64,000 bases of DNA, taken from assembly GCA_033856195.1 (NCBI GenBank), contig JAWVFL010000002.1:39662-103661 (forward strand), in the 5' to 3' direction. Of the stretch, positions 8,813 through 17,980 are shown in pieces. Position 1 is the first letter of the stretch. Every line of letters begins with the position of its first letter. Under the pieces are notes generated by a model. It was not told the DNA's origin, did no database searches, and saw nothing but the letters and a program-made list of their open reading frames with translations. This stretch comes from Solirubrobacterales bacterium (GTDB taxonomy: Bacteria; Actinomycetota; Thermoleophilia; Solirubrobacterales; 70-9). Position numbers and translations under genes: made by a program.

Positions 8813-10078
8813 GTGGGTTCCCACGAGCTGTACGAGCGGGCGCTGAAGGTTCTTCCGGGGGGAGTTAACAGCCCCGTGCGGGCGATGCGGCAGATCGGGC
8901 GCGAGCCGATCTTCATCGAGCGCGGCGAGGGCTGCGAGCTGGTCGACGTCGACGGCAACCGCTACGTCGACTGGGTCGGCTCCTGGGGCCCGCTGATCCT
9001 CGGTCACGCCAACCCCGCCGTGCTGGCGGCGGTCGAGTCCGCCGCGGTGCGCGGCACCAGCTTCGGCGCCGCCACCGCGGCCGAGGTCGAGCTGGCCGAG
9101 GAGGTCGTCGCCCGGGTCCCCTCCGCCGAGATGGTCCGCATGACCAGCTCCGGCACCGAGGCGGCGATGAGCGCGATCCGGCTCGCCCGCGCCGCCACCG
9201 GCCGCGGGGTCGCGGTCAAGTTCGCCGGGGCATACCACGGCCACTCCGACGGCCTGCTCGCCGAGGCGGGCTCGGGGATCGCGACACTGGCGCTGCCGGC
9301 GAGCCCCGGCGTCACCGCGGCCCAGACCGCCGGCACGGTCGTGGTCCCGTGGAACGATCGAGCGGCGCTGATCGGGGCCCTCGCCGACCATCCGGTCGCC
9401 GCTGTGATCCTGGAGCCGATCGCCGCCAACATGGGCGTGGTCCCGCCCGCCGAGGGCTTTCTCGAGCACGCCGCCGCGGCCACCCGCGACGCCGGCGCCC
9501 TGCTGATCTTCGATGAGGTGATCACCGGCTTCCGCGTCGCCCGCGGCGGTGCCCAGCAGCTCTACGGCGTCGAACCCGACCTGACCGTGCTCGGCAAGAT
9601 CCTCGGCGGCGGCCTGCCTGCCGCGGCTTTCGCCGGCTCGCGGCAGCTGATGGAGCGCATCGCCCCGGCCGGCGACGTCTACCAAGCGGGGACGCTCTCC
9701 GGCAACCCGCTCGCGACCGCCGCCGGCCTGGCCACGCTGCGCCAGCTCGACGCCGCCGCCTACGAGCGCCTGGAGCAACTGACCGAGCGCTTCCGTGCCG
9801 GCCTCGTCAGCCTTGCCGAAGGCAGGCCCCTGCAGGTCGCTTCCGCGCCGGGTCTGCTCACCCTCTTCTTCAGCGCCGAGCCGGTTGCCGACTTCGCCGC
9901 GGCCGCCGCCTGCGACCTCGGGGCCCACGCCCGCTTCTGCCGGGCGATGCTGGACCGTGGCGTCTACCCGCCCCCATCCCAGTTCGAGGCCTGGTTTGTC
10001 TCCCTCGCCCACGACGAGGCGACGATCGACCGCACGCTCGAAGCGGCGGCCGAGTCGCTCGACGGGGCTCTTCAATGA
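8813..10078 (+). CDS. hemL: Glutamate-1-semialdehyde 2,1-aminomutase.
   Basis: A GTG start at 8813 gives VGSHELYERALKVLPGGVNSPVRA, the canonical HemL N-terminus. The upstream 8297-8812 extension is Arg/Ser-rich junk that overlaps the previous gene. Confidence 0.93.
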   Translation: MGSHELYERALKVLPGGVNSPVRAMRQIGREPIFIERGEGCELVDVDGNRYVDWVGSWGPLILGHANPAVLAAVESAAVRGTSFGAATAAEVELAEEVVARVPSAEMVRMTSSGTEAAMSAIRLARAATGRGVAVKFAGAYHGHSDGLLAEAGSGIATLALPASPGVTAAQTAGTVVVPWNDRAALIGALADHPVAAVILEPIAANMGVVPPAEGFLEHAAAATRDAGALLIFDEVITGFRVARGGAQQLYGVEPDLTVLGKILGGGLPAAAFAGSRQLMERIAPAGDVYQAGTLSGNPLATAAGLATLRQLDAAAYERLEQLTERFRAGLVSLAEGRPLQVASAPGLLTLFFSAEPVADFAAAAACDLGAHARFCRAMLDRGVYPPPSQFEAWFVSLAHDEATIDRTLEAAAESLDGALQ

Positions 10079-10080
10079 AA

Positions 10081-10125
10081 GGTGCAACGCTTTTCGGCGC
10101 TCACAGAGCCATAAAACGTTGCACC
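10081..10125. repeat. Hairpin after hemL; a possible degenerate relative of the core element or a terminator.
   Basis: The stem is ggtgcaacg / cgttgcacc (9 bp). The 27-nt loop starts cttttcgg, reminiscent of the CAACTTTTTCGG core. Confidence 0.4.
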
Positions 10126-10136
10126 ATTTGAAGGCG

Positions 10137-10589
10137 ATGGGTTCCAGCCCTAAAGATGCCCTGGGCCTCCTCGCTGCACGCCTGCGTGAGGCGGAGGCGC
10201 CGATCTCGGCCCACGTGGTCGACTCGGTCGAGCGGCCCGTCTTTGGCCTGCTCGCCGCCCTCGGACCTCGCTCGGCCGCGTCGCCGGGGGAGTACGCCCT
10301 GGTGGTCGAGGCTGTGCGCGAGGGCTACCTCCTGCACTACGGCGAGCCGCGCCTGCTGCGCGGCCACGACGACGACCTGGCCCTGCTCGCCGGCGACTAC
10401 CTCTACGCCCTCGGCATCGAGCGCCTCGCCGCCCTCGGCGACGCCGAGGCGGTCGCCGTGCTGGCGGAGTTGATCGGCCGCTGTGCCCAGCTGCACAGCG
10501 AGGGACGCGAGCCCGAGGTGCCAGCGCTCTGGCGCGCGTCGGCTTTCGCCGTCGGCGGCAGGGACCATGACGACCGCGACGCGGCGTGA
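10137..10589 (+). CDS. Hypothetical protein; possibly a HepS-like (non-catalytic) polyprenyl synthase component.
   Basis: The ATG at 10137 lies within the longer ORF. LLAGDYLYALG resembles polyprenyl synthase helices but there is no DDxxD motif. It sits at the head of the qcr/menaquinone cluster. Confidence 0.4.
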   Translation: MGSSPKDALGLLAARLREAEAPISAHVVDSVERPVFGLLAALGPRSAASPGEYALVVEAVREGYLLHYGEPRLLRGHDDDLALLAGDYLYALGIERLAALGDAEAVAVLAELIGRCAQLHSEGREPEVPALWRASAFAVGGRDHDDRDAA

Positions 10590-10622
10590 GTCAATAGACT
10601 CTGAACTTCTGAGGTTGAGCTG

Positions 10623-11297
10623 TTGAGCGACGACGCGGACAAGCAGAACGGGGCCGAGAAGGCCGGACGGCCGGAGCGCCTGAAGCCCGACCCACCCGGC
10701 TATTTCGAGGGCGAGTCGATGACTCGGCGGCGCGCCTTCACGGTCGCGGTGCAGGGCCTGGGTGGCGTGGCCGGCGCGGCGATCGTCCTGCCCGCCGTCG
10801 GCTTCGCCGTAGCGCCGATCTTCCACCGCGGCGAGGAGCGCTGGGAGGCCGTCGGCCCGGTCAACGATTTCGTCGAGGACACCTATCGCCAGGTCGTCTT
10901 CACCGAAACCGAGGGGATCGGCGACGCCGGCAAGACGACTGCCTACGTTCGCAAGAGCTCCAAGCAGCTCGGCGAGGAAGCCGGCAAGTTCGTCGCCGTC
11001 TCCAACCGCTGTGTCCATCTCGGCTGCCCGGTCCGCTTCGTCGAGGCCGCCGGCAACTTCATCTGCCCCTGTCACGGCGGCGTCTACGACTTCCAGGGCA
11101 AGCGCATCGGCGGTCCGCCGGTACGGCCGCTCGATCAGTTCCAGACTCGCGTCCGCGACGGTCAGGTCGAGGTCGGCCCGCGCTACAGCGTCACCTCGCA
11201 GCTGGAGCCGGTACGCGCTCGCGACCCCGGCGAGTTCACCGGCGGAGTCTGGGAATATCTGTACCCGCCGCGTCCGTCCACCTTCCCACCCCCCTGA
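10623..11297 (+). CDS. qcrA: Menaquinol-cytochrome c reductase Rieske iron-sulfur subunit.
   Basis: The Rieske motifs are CVHLGC and CPCHGG. An N-terminal Tat-like RRRAF motif and a TM helix are present. Confidence 0.88.
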   Translation: MSDDADKQNGAEKAGRPERLKPDPPGYFEGESMTRRRAFTVAVQGLGGVAGAAIVLPAVGFAVAPIFHRGEERWEAVGPVNDFVEDTYRQVVFTETEGIGDAGKTTAYVRKSSKQLGEEAGKFVAVSNRCVHLGCPVRFVEAAGNFICPCHGGVYDFQGKRIGGPPVRPLDQFQTRVRDGQVEVGPRYSVTSQLEPVRARDPGEFTGGVWEYLYPPRPSTFPPP

Positions 11298-11311
11298 TCG
11301 GCTAGGCGCAG

Positions 11312-12193
11312 ATGAAGCTCGACTCCCTGATTCCCGCCCCGCTCCGCAAACCGGCCAAACCGGGCACGGGCAATGGCGCCAAGGGCGCGGCCCCGGGCGA
11401 CCTCAAGTCGGCGCCGCCGGAGCGACCCTCCGACGCGCAGCGCCTCGGCGACCGCGCCAAGGAAGCGCCGGCCGACGTGCTCGCCTGGGTCGACCAGCGC
11501 ACCGCCGCCACCGGCTTTCTCACTGGGATGCTCTATCGCAAGGTGCCGAAGGGGACCAACTGGTTCTACACGCTTGGCTCGGCGACCCTGATCGCCTTCG
11601 TCTCGCAGGCGATCACGGGGGTCTTCCTGGCGATGTTCTACACGCCGTCGACCACCCAGGCCTACGCCTCGATCGCCCACATCAACAACGACGTCTTCCT
11701 CGGCCAGCTGGTCCACGGCATGCACAAGTGGGGCTCGAGCGTGATGGTGATCCTGGTCTTCCTCCACATGGGGCGCACCTTCTTCTTCGGCGCCTACAAG
11801 TACCCGCGCGAGCTCAACTGGGTGATCGGCGTGGTGCTCTTGATCCTGACGATGACGATGGCCTTCACCGGCTACCTGCTGCCCTTCGACCAGCGTTCCT
11901 TCTGGGCTTCGGTGGTCGGCATCAACATCAACGGCACCGGCCCGGTGATCGGCCCTTACCTGAGCGACTTCCTGCGCGCCGGCCCCGAGCTGGGGGCGAC
12001 GACCCTCTCACGCTTCTACGCGATCCACATGCTGCTCGTCCCCGGCGCGATCATCGCCCTGATCGGCGCCCATCTCTACCTGGTCGTCAAGCTCGGCACG
12101 ACCGCGCCGCCCTGGCTGAAAGCGGATAAGCCCAAGGTCGCCGCCCCGGTCTCCCAGCTCGACGCCGGCGGCAACGGCACGGCCCCCAGATGA
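11312..12193 (+). CDS. qcrB: Cytochrome b6-type cytochrome b subunit (N-terminal four-helix part).
   Basis: The TGVFLAMFYTP, HKWGSS and FFGAYKYPRELNW motifs are typical of cytochrome b/b6. The protein is about 290 aa, so it is the split type. Confidence 0.88.
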   Translation: MKLDSLIPAPLRKPAKPGTGNGAKGAAPGDLKSAPPERPSDAQRLGDRAKEAPADVLAWVDQRTAATGFLTGMLYRKVPKGTNWFYTLGSATLIAFVSQAITGVFLAMFYTPSTTQAYASIAHINNDVFLGQLVHGMHKWGSSVMVILVFLHMGRTFFFGAYKYPRELNWVIGVVLLILTMTMAFTGYLLPFDQRSFWASVVGININGTGPVIGPYLSDFLRAGPELGATTLSRFYAIHMLLVPGAIIALIGAHLYLVVKLGTTAPPWLKADKPKVAAPVSQLDAGGNGTAPR

Positions 12194-12209
12194 TCCATGG
12201 GGATCAGAC

Positions 12210-12911
12210 GTGAAGCCAGCTGACAAGCAGGCATATCTGGAGGAGTACGAGCTGCTGAAGAAGAAGGGCAAGCCCTTCTTCCCCTACGCGGTGCTGAAGG
12301 ACTCGGCGATGATGGTGCTGGTCGTCGGCGTGATCATCCTGATGGCCGTCCTTTTCGGCGCTGAGCAGGGCCCCAAGGCGGACCCGACCTCGACCACCTA
12401 CGTGCCGCGGCCGGAGTGGTACTTCTTCTTCCTCTTCGAGGTCCTGCGCGTGATCAAACCGCCGGAGCTGGTCCCGATCGCGACAATCGGCATCCCGACG
12501 ATCTGCATGGTGCTGCTCCTGCTGCTGCCGTTCTACGACCGTGGCCCGGAGCGCAACCCGATTCGCCGCCCGATCGCGACGACCGCCGGCATCCTGACGA
12601 TCATCGCGATGGCCTACCTCAGCTTCCTCGGCGCAACCGGCGGCTCGCCGACCGAGATCGACATGAAGGTCGCGCCCCAATACGAAGCGGGCAAGGAGAT
12701 CGTCGCCGCCTCGGGCTGCCTGGCCTGCCACAAGCTCGGCGAGAACGGCAACAACGGCCAGGGGCCGGAACTGACGCACATCGCCCAGCGCATTCCGCGG
12801 GCCGCGATCATCCGTTCGATCGAGATCGGCCCCGGTATCATGCCCTCTTTCCGCGACTTGTCGCCGAAGAAGCTCAACGAGCTCGCTGATTTCCTCTCCT
12901 CGCTCGACTAA
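12210..12911 (+). CDS. qcrC: Subunit IV-like cytochrome b C-terminal domain fused to a monoheme cytochrome c.
   Basis: PEWYFFFLFE is a subunit IV/cytochrome b C-terminal motif. A C-terminal CLACH heme-c site is present. The architecture matches Bacillus QcrC. Confidence 0.8.
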   Translation: MKPADKQAYLEEYELLKKKGKPFFPYAVLKDSAMMVLVVGVIILMAVLFGAEQGPKADPTSTTYVPRPEWYFFFLFEVLRVIKPPELVPIATIGIPTICMVLLLLLPFYDRGPERNPIRRPIATTAGILTIIAMAYLSFLGATGGSPTEIDMKVAPQYEAGKEIVAASGCLACHKLGENGNNGQGPELTHIAQRIPRAAIIRSIEIGPGIMPSFRDLSPKKLNELADFLSSLD

Positions 12912-12954
12912 GCCCGCACGGGACTCCGCCCAGTTCGCGGGGCAGGTCAACCGT

Positions 12955-13623
12955 ATGTTCGATCGCGTCGCGAGCCGCTATGACGCGCTCAACTCGGTGA
13001 TGACGGCGGGGCTGCACCACCGCTGGCGCGAGCGTGCCGCCGATCGCGCCGAGCTGCAGCCAGGCGACTCGGCGCTCGACGTCTGCTGCGGCACCGGCGA
13101 TCTCGCGCTCGAGCTGGCCGGTCGGGTGGCGCCCGGCGGCCGCGTCGTCGGCTGCGATTTCTCCGAGCCGATGCTCGACTTGGCTCGCGACAAGGCGCGT
13201 GAGCGGGATGCGCCCGGCGTTCGCTTCGAGTGGGCCGACGCCCTCAGCTTGCCCTACGACGCGGCTCGCTTCGACGCGGTCACGGTTGGCTTCGGCGTTC
13301 GCAACCTTGCCAATCTCGAGCGTGGCCTTGGAGAGATGACCCGGGTGCTGAGACCCGGGGGCCGGCTGGTGGTGCTCGAGATAACCCAGCCCACTCGGCC
13401 GCCGCTCTCGACCTTCTTCTCGCTTTGGTTCGACCGGATCGTGCCGCTGCTGGGCACCCTCTCGGAGGAGTCCGAGGCCTACTCCTACCTGCCTGAGTCG
13501 GTTCGGAGCTTCCCCGGGCCCCAGCGCCTGGGCGAGCTGATGGACGGCGCCGGACTCGAGCGAATCCGCTGGACGGTCCTCGCCGGCGGGATAATCGCGA
13601 TCCACAGCGGCATCGGCGGGTGA
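12955..13623 (+). CDS. ubiE: Demethylmenaquinone methyltransferase (UbiE/MenG family).
   Basis: The N-terminus FDRVASRYDALNSVMTAG and the SAM motif LDVCCGTGD are present. Confidence 0.88.
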   Translation: MFDRVASRYDALNSVMTAGLHHRWRERAADRAELQPGDSALDVCCGTGDLALELAGRVAPGGRVVGCDFSEPMLDLARDKARERDAPGVRFEWADALSLPYDAARFDAVTVGFGVRNLANLERGLGEMTRVLRPGGRLVVLEITQPTRPPLSTFFSLWFDRIVPLLGTLSEESEAYSYLPESVRSFPGPQRLGELMDGAGLERIRWTVLAGGIIAIHSGIGG

Positions 13624-14585
13624 CCCGACCTTCCGCCGTGCCGCCGCCGGTGACGGCGGTGCTTGACGCCTCGAGTCGCTGGTTGCCGGCGCGGCTGGGC
13701 GAGGCCGAGGACCTCCTGCGCGAGCAGAGCGGCGGGCACGGCGAGCTGCTCGGCGCCGATGCGGCCGCCACTCTGGCCGCTGGAGGCAAGCGCCTGCGAC
13801 CGCTGCTGGTGTTGCTCTGCGCCGGCGCCGAGGGTGGGGAGGAGGCGGTGCGAGCCGCCGCCGCAATCGAGCTGGTCCACATGGCGACGCTGGTCCACGA
13901 CGACGTGCTCGACGACGCGCCCCTGCGCCGTGGCGTTCCCACGGTGGCCGCAAGCTCGGGGCGCGAGCGAGCTGTAGCGGTCGGCGACCTCCTCTTCTCC
14001 CGTGCCTTCGCCCTGCTCGCCGAGCATCGCGACGGACGGGCTGTCTCACTCCTCGCCGCGGCCTCGGTGGCGCTGGCGGAAGGCGAGCTCGCCCAGCGTC
14101 ATGACGCCTATGACACGGGCATCTCCGAAGAGCGCTATCTGGAGCGCTGTCGATTGAAGACGGCGACCCTGTTCGAATGCGCCTGCTTGATGGGCCGGGA
14201 TGTCGAGGCCCTCGGTTCCTTTGGGGCTCCGGTTGGGTTGGCTTTCCAGCTGCTCGATGACGTGCTGGACGTCTCCGGCCCAGCTGAGCGCACCGGCAAG
14301 GCGCGTGGTACCGACCTGCTCGACGGCACCGTCACGCTGCCGCTGATCGCGGCCGCGGCGGTCGATCCGTCTCTACGAGACGTCGACCTGCACAGCCTCG
14401 ACCCGGCAACCGCCGATCAGCTCTGCGATCGCATCGCGGCGACCGGCGCTCTGGAGCAGGTGCGATCGCGTGCGCTGGAGATGGTCAGCGCGGCAAAGGC
14501 CCAGCTCGACTCGGACTCCTTTGACGCCGAGCAGCGCCAGCTCCTTGGCCTCGTCGCCGACGGCGTCGTGCAGCGCTACAGCTAG
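13620..14585 (+). CDS. Polyprenyl diphosphate synthase (HepT/GGPPS type).
   Basis: The two Asp-rich motifs are LVHDDVLDD and FQLLDDVLD. The start overlaps the ubiE stop. Confidence 0.88.
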   Translation: MTRPSAVPPPVTAVLDASSRWLPARLGEAEDLLREQSGGHGELLGADAAATLAAGGKRLRPLLVLLCAGAEGGEEAVRAAAAIELVHMATLVHDDVLDDAPLRRGVPTVAASSGRERAVAVGDLLFSRAFALLAEHRDGRAVSLLAAASVALAEGELAQRHDAYDTGISEERYLERCRLKTATLFECACLMGRDVEALGSFGAPVGLAFQLLDDVLDVSGPAERTGKARGTDLLDGTVTLPLIAAAAVDPSLRDVDLHSLDPATADQLCDRIAATGALEQVRSRALEMVSAAKAQLDSDSFDAEQRQLLGLVADGVVQRYS

Positions 14586-14914
14586 CGGAAGTCGTCGGCG
14601 GTGATCAGGTCGGCGTCGAGCGCGGCGCTGAACGTGTCGACGACGAACTGCATGTTCTCGTGCTCGAGCGCCTTCAGCACGTCGCTCAAAGCGCGGGTTC
14701 CCAGGTCGAGCTCCTCGTCGAAGGCGTCGATCTCGGCTTCGGCGTGGATCTCGTTGTTGCGCCATTCACACTCCGGGCAGCGCCGCCAGAGTCGCCAGTG
14801 GCCGCGGTCGCCGGCCTGCTCCCAGCAGGTCGGCTGCACCAGCGCCGATTTGCATTGCGGGCAGACGTGCAGCCCGGCGGCGGTCTGGATCTGGCTGGTG
14901 CTCGCGTCTCGCAT
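14582..14914 (-). CDS. Small zinc-ribbon protein, hypothetical.
   Basis: It has CPQC and CPEC pairs and an acidic C-terminus. It is convergent with the polyprenyl synthase gene and overlaps its end by 4 nt. Confidence 0.5.
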   Translation of the reverse strand: MRDASTSQIQTAAGLHVCPQCKSALVQPTCWEQAGDRGHWRLWRRCPECEWRNNEIHAEAEIDAFDEELDLGTRALSDVLKALEHENMQFVVDTFSAALDADLITADDFR

Positions 14915-15064
14915 ACCTGCACTATCGAACCCGCGAAACGATCACTCCATCCTCACTTTCCCGTAGAGAGGCCAGAAAAGCCGATTACCAGGTAGGCCAC
15001 CCCCCCAATTAGATGCGACGCCAGATGTGATCCGATCGAGCATCGGGGCCGTTACCATGGGTCG

Positions 15065-15316
15065 ATGCCAAACGTCGGACCTCTCGAGCTTGCGATCGTC
15101 CTGATCATCGCCCTCGTCGTCTTCGGGCCGAAACGGCTGCCGGAGCTGGGCCGCTCGCTGGGCCGGGGGATTCGCGAGTTCCGCGGCTCGGTCGGCGGCG
15201 ACAACCATGAGCCGGAGCGCGCCGAGGCAATCGAGCCGCCGAAGTCCGAAGCTGAGCAGAGCGCCGAGGCCAAGAAGAGCGCCGAGGCCGAGACCGTCGC
15301 TCACGACCGCCGCTAG
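15065..15316 (+). CDS. tatA: Twin-arginine translocase TatA/E.
   Basis: The signature is GPLELAIVLIIALVVFGPKRLPELGRSLG. Confidence 0.92.
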   Translation: MPNVGPLELAIVLIIALVVFGPKRLPELGRSLGRGIREFRGSVGGDNHEPERAEAIEPPKSEAEQSAEAKKSAEAETVAHDRR

Positions 15317-15325
15317 GACGCCGCC

Positions 15326-16096
15326 ATGGCCCGGATGAGGCCGGTCTCCCACGAGGACCAGCTCACCTTGGTCGAGCACCTCGACGAGCTGCGCACCCGC
15401 ATCGTCGTCTGCCTCGTCGTCCTCGCCGTCGCCCTGGCGCTTTGCTTCTGGCAGAACCATCTGCTGCTGGAAATTGCCTCGGGGCCGCTGCCGAGCAACC
15501 ACGACAAGCTGCTCACCTTCGGCGTCACCGAGGCCTTCACGACGACGCTCACCGTTGCCACCTACGGGGCGCTGATCCTCGCGATGCCGATCCTGCTCTA
15601 CCAGCTCTACGCGTACCTCCTGCCTGCCTTCAGTGACCACGAGCGGCGCACGATCCTGCCGATCCTGCTCTTCGTCCCGGTCCTCTTCCTCGCCGGCGTC
15701 GCCTTTGCCTATTTCGTCGTGATGCCGCCGGCGGTGAAGTTCCTGCTTGGCTTCAACGACACCCAGTTCAACGTCCAAGTCCGCGCCCGCGACTACTACA
15801 GCTTCTTCTCGACCACGCTGCTGGCGGGTGGCATCGTCTTCCAGCTGCCACTGGCGATCCTCGCAGTCACCCGGCTCGGCATCGTCAGCGTCCAGCAGCT
15901 CTCGCGCAACCGCCGCTACGCCTACCTGATCATCGCCGTGATCGCCGCCGCATTGCCCGGGATCGACCCGATCTCGATGCTGATCGAGATGGTTCCTCTG
16001 CTTGTGCTGTTCGAGTTGAGTATCTTGATTGCTCGTGCTTTCGGTACGCCGAAGGCGGCGGGAGGAATGGCAAAGCCCTCAACCCAGGAGCGCTGA
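15326..16096 (+). CDS. tatC: Twin-arginine translocase TatC.
   Basis: The N-terminus LTLVEHLDELRTRI, a six-TM pattern and its position after tatA support the call. Confidence 0.92.
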   Translation: MARMRPVSHEDQLTLVEHLDELRTRIVVCLVVLAVALALCFWQNHLLLEIASGPLPSNHDKLLTFGVTEAFTTTLTVATYGALILAMPILLYQLYAYLLPAFSDHERRTILPILLFVPVLFLAGVAFAYFVVMPPAVKFLLGFNDTQFNVQVRARDYYSFFSTTLLAGGIVFQLPLAILAVTRLGIVSVQQLSRNRRYAYLIIAVIAAALPGIDPISMLIEMVPLLVLFELSILIARAFGTPKAAGGMAKPSTQER

Positions 16097-16102
16097 TTCG
16101 AG

Positions 16103-16906
16103 TTGGCGGAAAACGGCGAGCGACGGATGCTGTTCGACATCCGTGGGCGACGGAAGCACGTCGTCCGGGTCGTCTACGCGATCCTCGCGCTGCTGATGGG
16201 CGCCAGCCTCTTCCTCGTCGTCGGCCCCTTCAGCCTCGGCAGCCTGGGAGGCAGCGGCAGCTCCACCAGCGCCGGCAAGGTCCTCCAGGAACAGGCCGAA
16301 CGGACCGAAGAGAAACTGCGGCGGAATCCCGAAGACGAAGCTCTGCTGCTCGCCCTGACCCGCGCTCGCATCGGGGCCGGCAACGCCCTGACCGAAGTGA
16401 ACTCGGAAACCGGGTTGACCAGCTTCACCCCGGAAGGGCGGCAGGAACTCGAACGTGGAATCGAATCCTGGGATAGCTACCTGAAGCAGGCCAAGGAACC
16501 GAAGGCTTCCACTGCCCTGCTGGTATCGAGCAGCTACTTCGGCCTAGCCGAATCGGCGCCGAGCTTCGAAGAAGCGGTCGAGAACGTCGACGGCGCCGCC
16601 AAAACGCAACGCATCGCGGCCGAAGCGCAGCCGACGGTCAACTCGCTGACCACCCTTGCCATCTACGAGTATTACTCGGGCAACTTCACCGCCGGCGACA
16701 AGGCCGTCAAGGAAGCCGAAAGCAAAGCCCCGAGCAAGGCCGAAGCCAAGGAAATCGGCAAACAGATGGCGGAATTCCGCCAGCGCGGCAAAGCCTTCGA
16801 AGCCCAGAAGAAAGAAGTCGCCAAAGAAGAAAAGAAACTGGGCAAAGAACGCCTGCAGAACCCCCTCGGCGGCCTCTCCGGCGGCACGGGCTCCCTTGGT
16901 GAATAG
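16103..16906 (+). CDS. Membrane-anchored hypothetical protein with a Lys/Glu/Ala-rich helical ectodomain.
   Basis: It has a single N-terminal TM helix (VVYAILALLMGASLFLVVGPF) and a charged coiled-coil-like C-terminus. Confidence 0.5.
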   Translation: MAENGERRMLFDIRGRRKHVVRVVYAILALLMGASLFLVVGPFSLGSLGGSGSSTSAGKVLQEQAERTEEKLRRNPEDEALLLALTRARIGAGNALTEVNSETGLTSFTPEGRQELERGIESWDSYLKQAKEPKASTALLVSSSYFGLAESAPSFEEAVENVDGAAKTQRIAAEAQPTVNSLTTLAIYEYYSGNFTAGDKAVKEAESKAPSKAEAKEIGKQMAEFRQRGKAFEAQKKEVAKEEKKLGKERLQNPLGGLSGGTGSLGE

Positions 16907-16930
16907 GGTCCCCCGGCAATCCCGAGTTCA

Positions 16931-17004
16931 TGGGCCGCGAAGGACTCGAACCTTCAACCTTGAGCTTAAGAGGCTCCTGCTCTAACCAGTTGAGCTAGCG
17001 GCCC
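16931..17004 (-). tRNA. tRNA-Lys (anticodon CTT); CCA is not encoded.
   Basis: The cloverleaf was folded by hand as GGGCCGC-TA-GCTC..GAGC-A-GGAGC-CTCTTAA-GCTCA-AGGTT-GAAGG-TTCGAGT-CCTTC-GCGGCCC-A. Confidence 0.9.
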
Positions 17005-17036
17005 GGGGGGCTGGCAATTATAAGAAGATTGAGCCG

Positions 17037-17789
17037 TTAGCGGACGGTGCAGGCCTTTTCGACGCTGCCGTCGATGATCGTGCCCTCGGCGAAGGTGAAG
17101 CGGCCGTGAGTGCGGAAGATGCCGTCGCCGCAGCGAGCGGTGACGTAGCTGCGCTCCTTGCCGCCGAAGCGGTAGCGCTTGCCGATCGAGGCGTCGATGT
17201 GGATCAGCGATCCATGGCCGCCGGCGATCGGCGGCAGATCGACGGTGGCGCGGTAGCGGTAGCGGCCGGGCCGTTTTTCGATTGGGATCGTGATCACGAA
17301 GTTCTGCACCGCGGGAACGGAGATGCGCGCATGCATGATCACGGTTGGCTTGCCCGCCAGCCGCGGGCCGTTGAAGAAGGTCAGCAGTGAGCTGGCGAGG
17401 ACCGGGGGCTGGCCTTCGCGAGCGATCATCGCGCTGGCGTGCCCGGCGCCGACGATGGCGTTGGGACAGCGGTTACGAGCCTCCACGGGAGTAGCTTCCT
17501 CCAGCGCTGCGGGTCGGCAGACGGGGAGCCCCGCGGTCGTCAGCCTGCCGTCGCGATCGAAGTCGAGAATCAGCTGCTGCAAGGCGGCGGGAACGCTGCC
17601 GTCGACCGCCTTCAGGTCGGCGCGCCCTTTGAACTCGATCGGCGCGTAGGTGCTGCGGGGCAGGCTGTGCGGCGTGAAGCCCCCGTCCGCGGTGAGCACG
17701 AGGTTGCCGACCTTGACCAGCGCGGCGTTGGCCGCGCCCGCGAAGAGGACGCAGCAGAGCAAGGCCCCAGCTGCCAAAAGCCGCTTCAA
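17037..17789 (-). CDS. Secreted 4-Cys hypothetical protein (paralog of 40945-41712).
   Basis: It has a TTG start with a GGAGGAG RBS and the signal peptide MKRLLAAGALLCCVLFAGAANA. It aligns along its length with the product of 40945-41712. Confidence 0.6.
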   Translation of the reverse strand: MKRLLAAGALLCCVLFAGAANAALVKVGNLVLTADGGFTPHSLPRSTYAPIEFKGRADLKAVDGSVPAALQQLILDFDRDGRLTTAGLPVCRPAALEEATPVEARNRCPNAIVGAGHASAMIAREGQPPVLASSLLTFFNGPRLAGKPTVIMHARISVPAVQNFVITIPIEKRPGRYRYRATVDLPPIAGGHGSLIHIDASIGKRYRFGGKERSYVTARCGDGIFRTHGRFTFAEGTIIDGSVEKACTVR

Positions 17790-17980
17790 GTTCTCCTCCA
17801 GAACCAGGCTAGCGCGCCGTTCAAGCCGGCCGTTGAAACGATCCTTAACACAGTCTTCTGCAACATTCGCCCCCCCCCGGCCGCCGGGACCGCCAAACTA
17901 CGGGTGTGCCTGTGAGGAGGAGCAGGGGGCGGAGCGATGACGCGCGCGCTGAGCGGGGGGATGAGAAGCGCCCGCCGCTG

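Noticed and set aside
7582-8958. A 458-aa minus-strand ORF antisense to the siroheme-decarboxylase-like gene. Similar long antisense ORFs occur at 176-1234, 1027-1947, 6530-7459, 8714-10087, 12874-14049, 19373-20911, 25587-27149, 26981-28210, 36288-37355, 45197-46513 and 59216-60367.
   Set aside because: All are mirror ORFs of genes with strong motif support. Their composition is the usual R/G/A/D/V-rich antisense pattern of GC-rich genomes.
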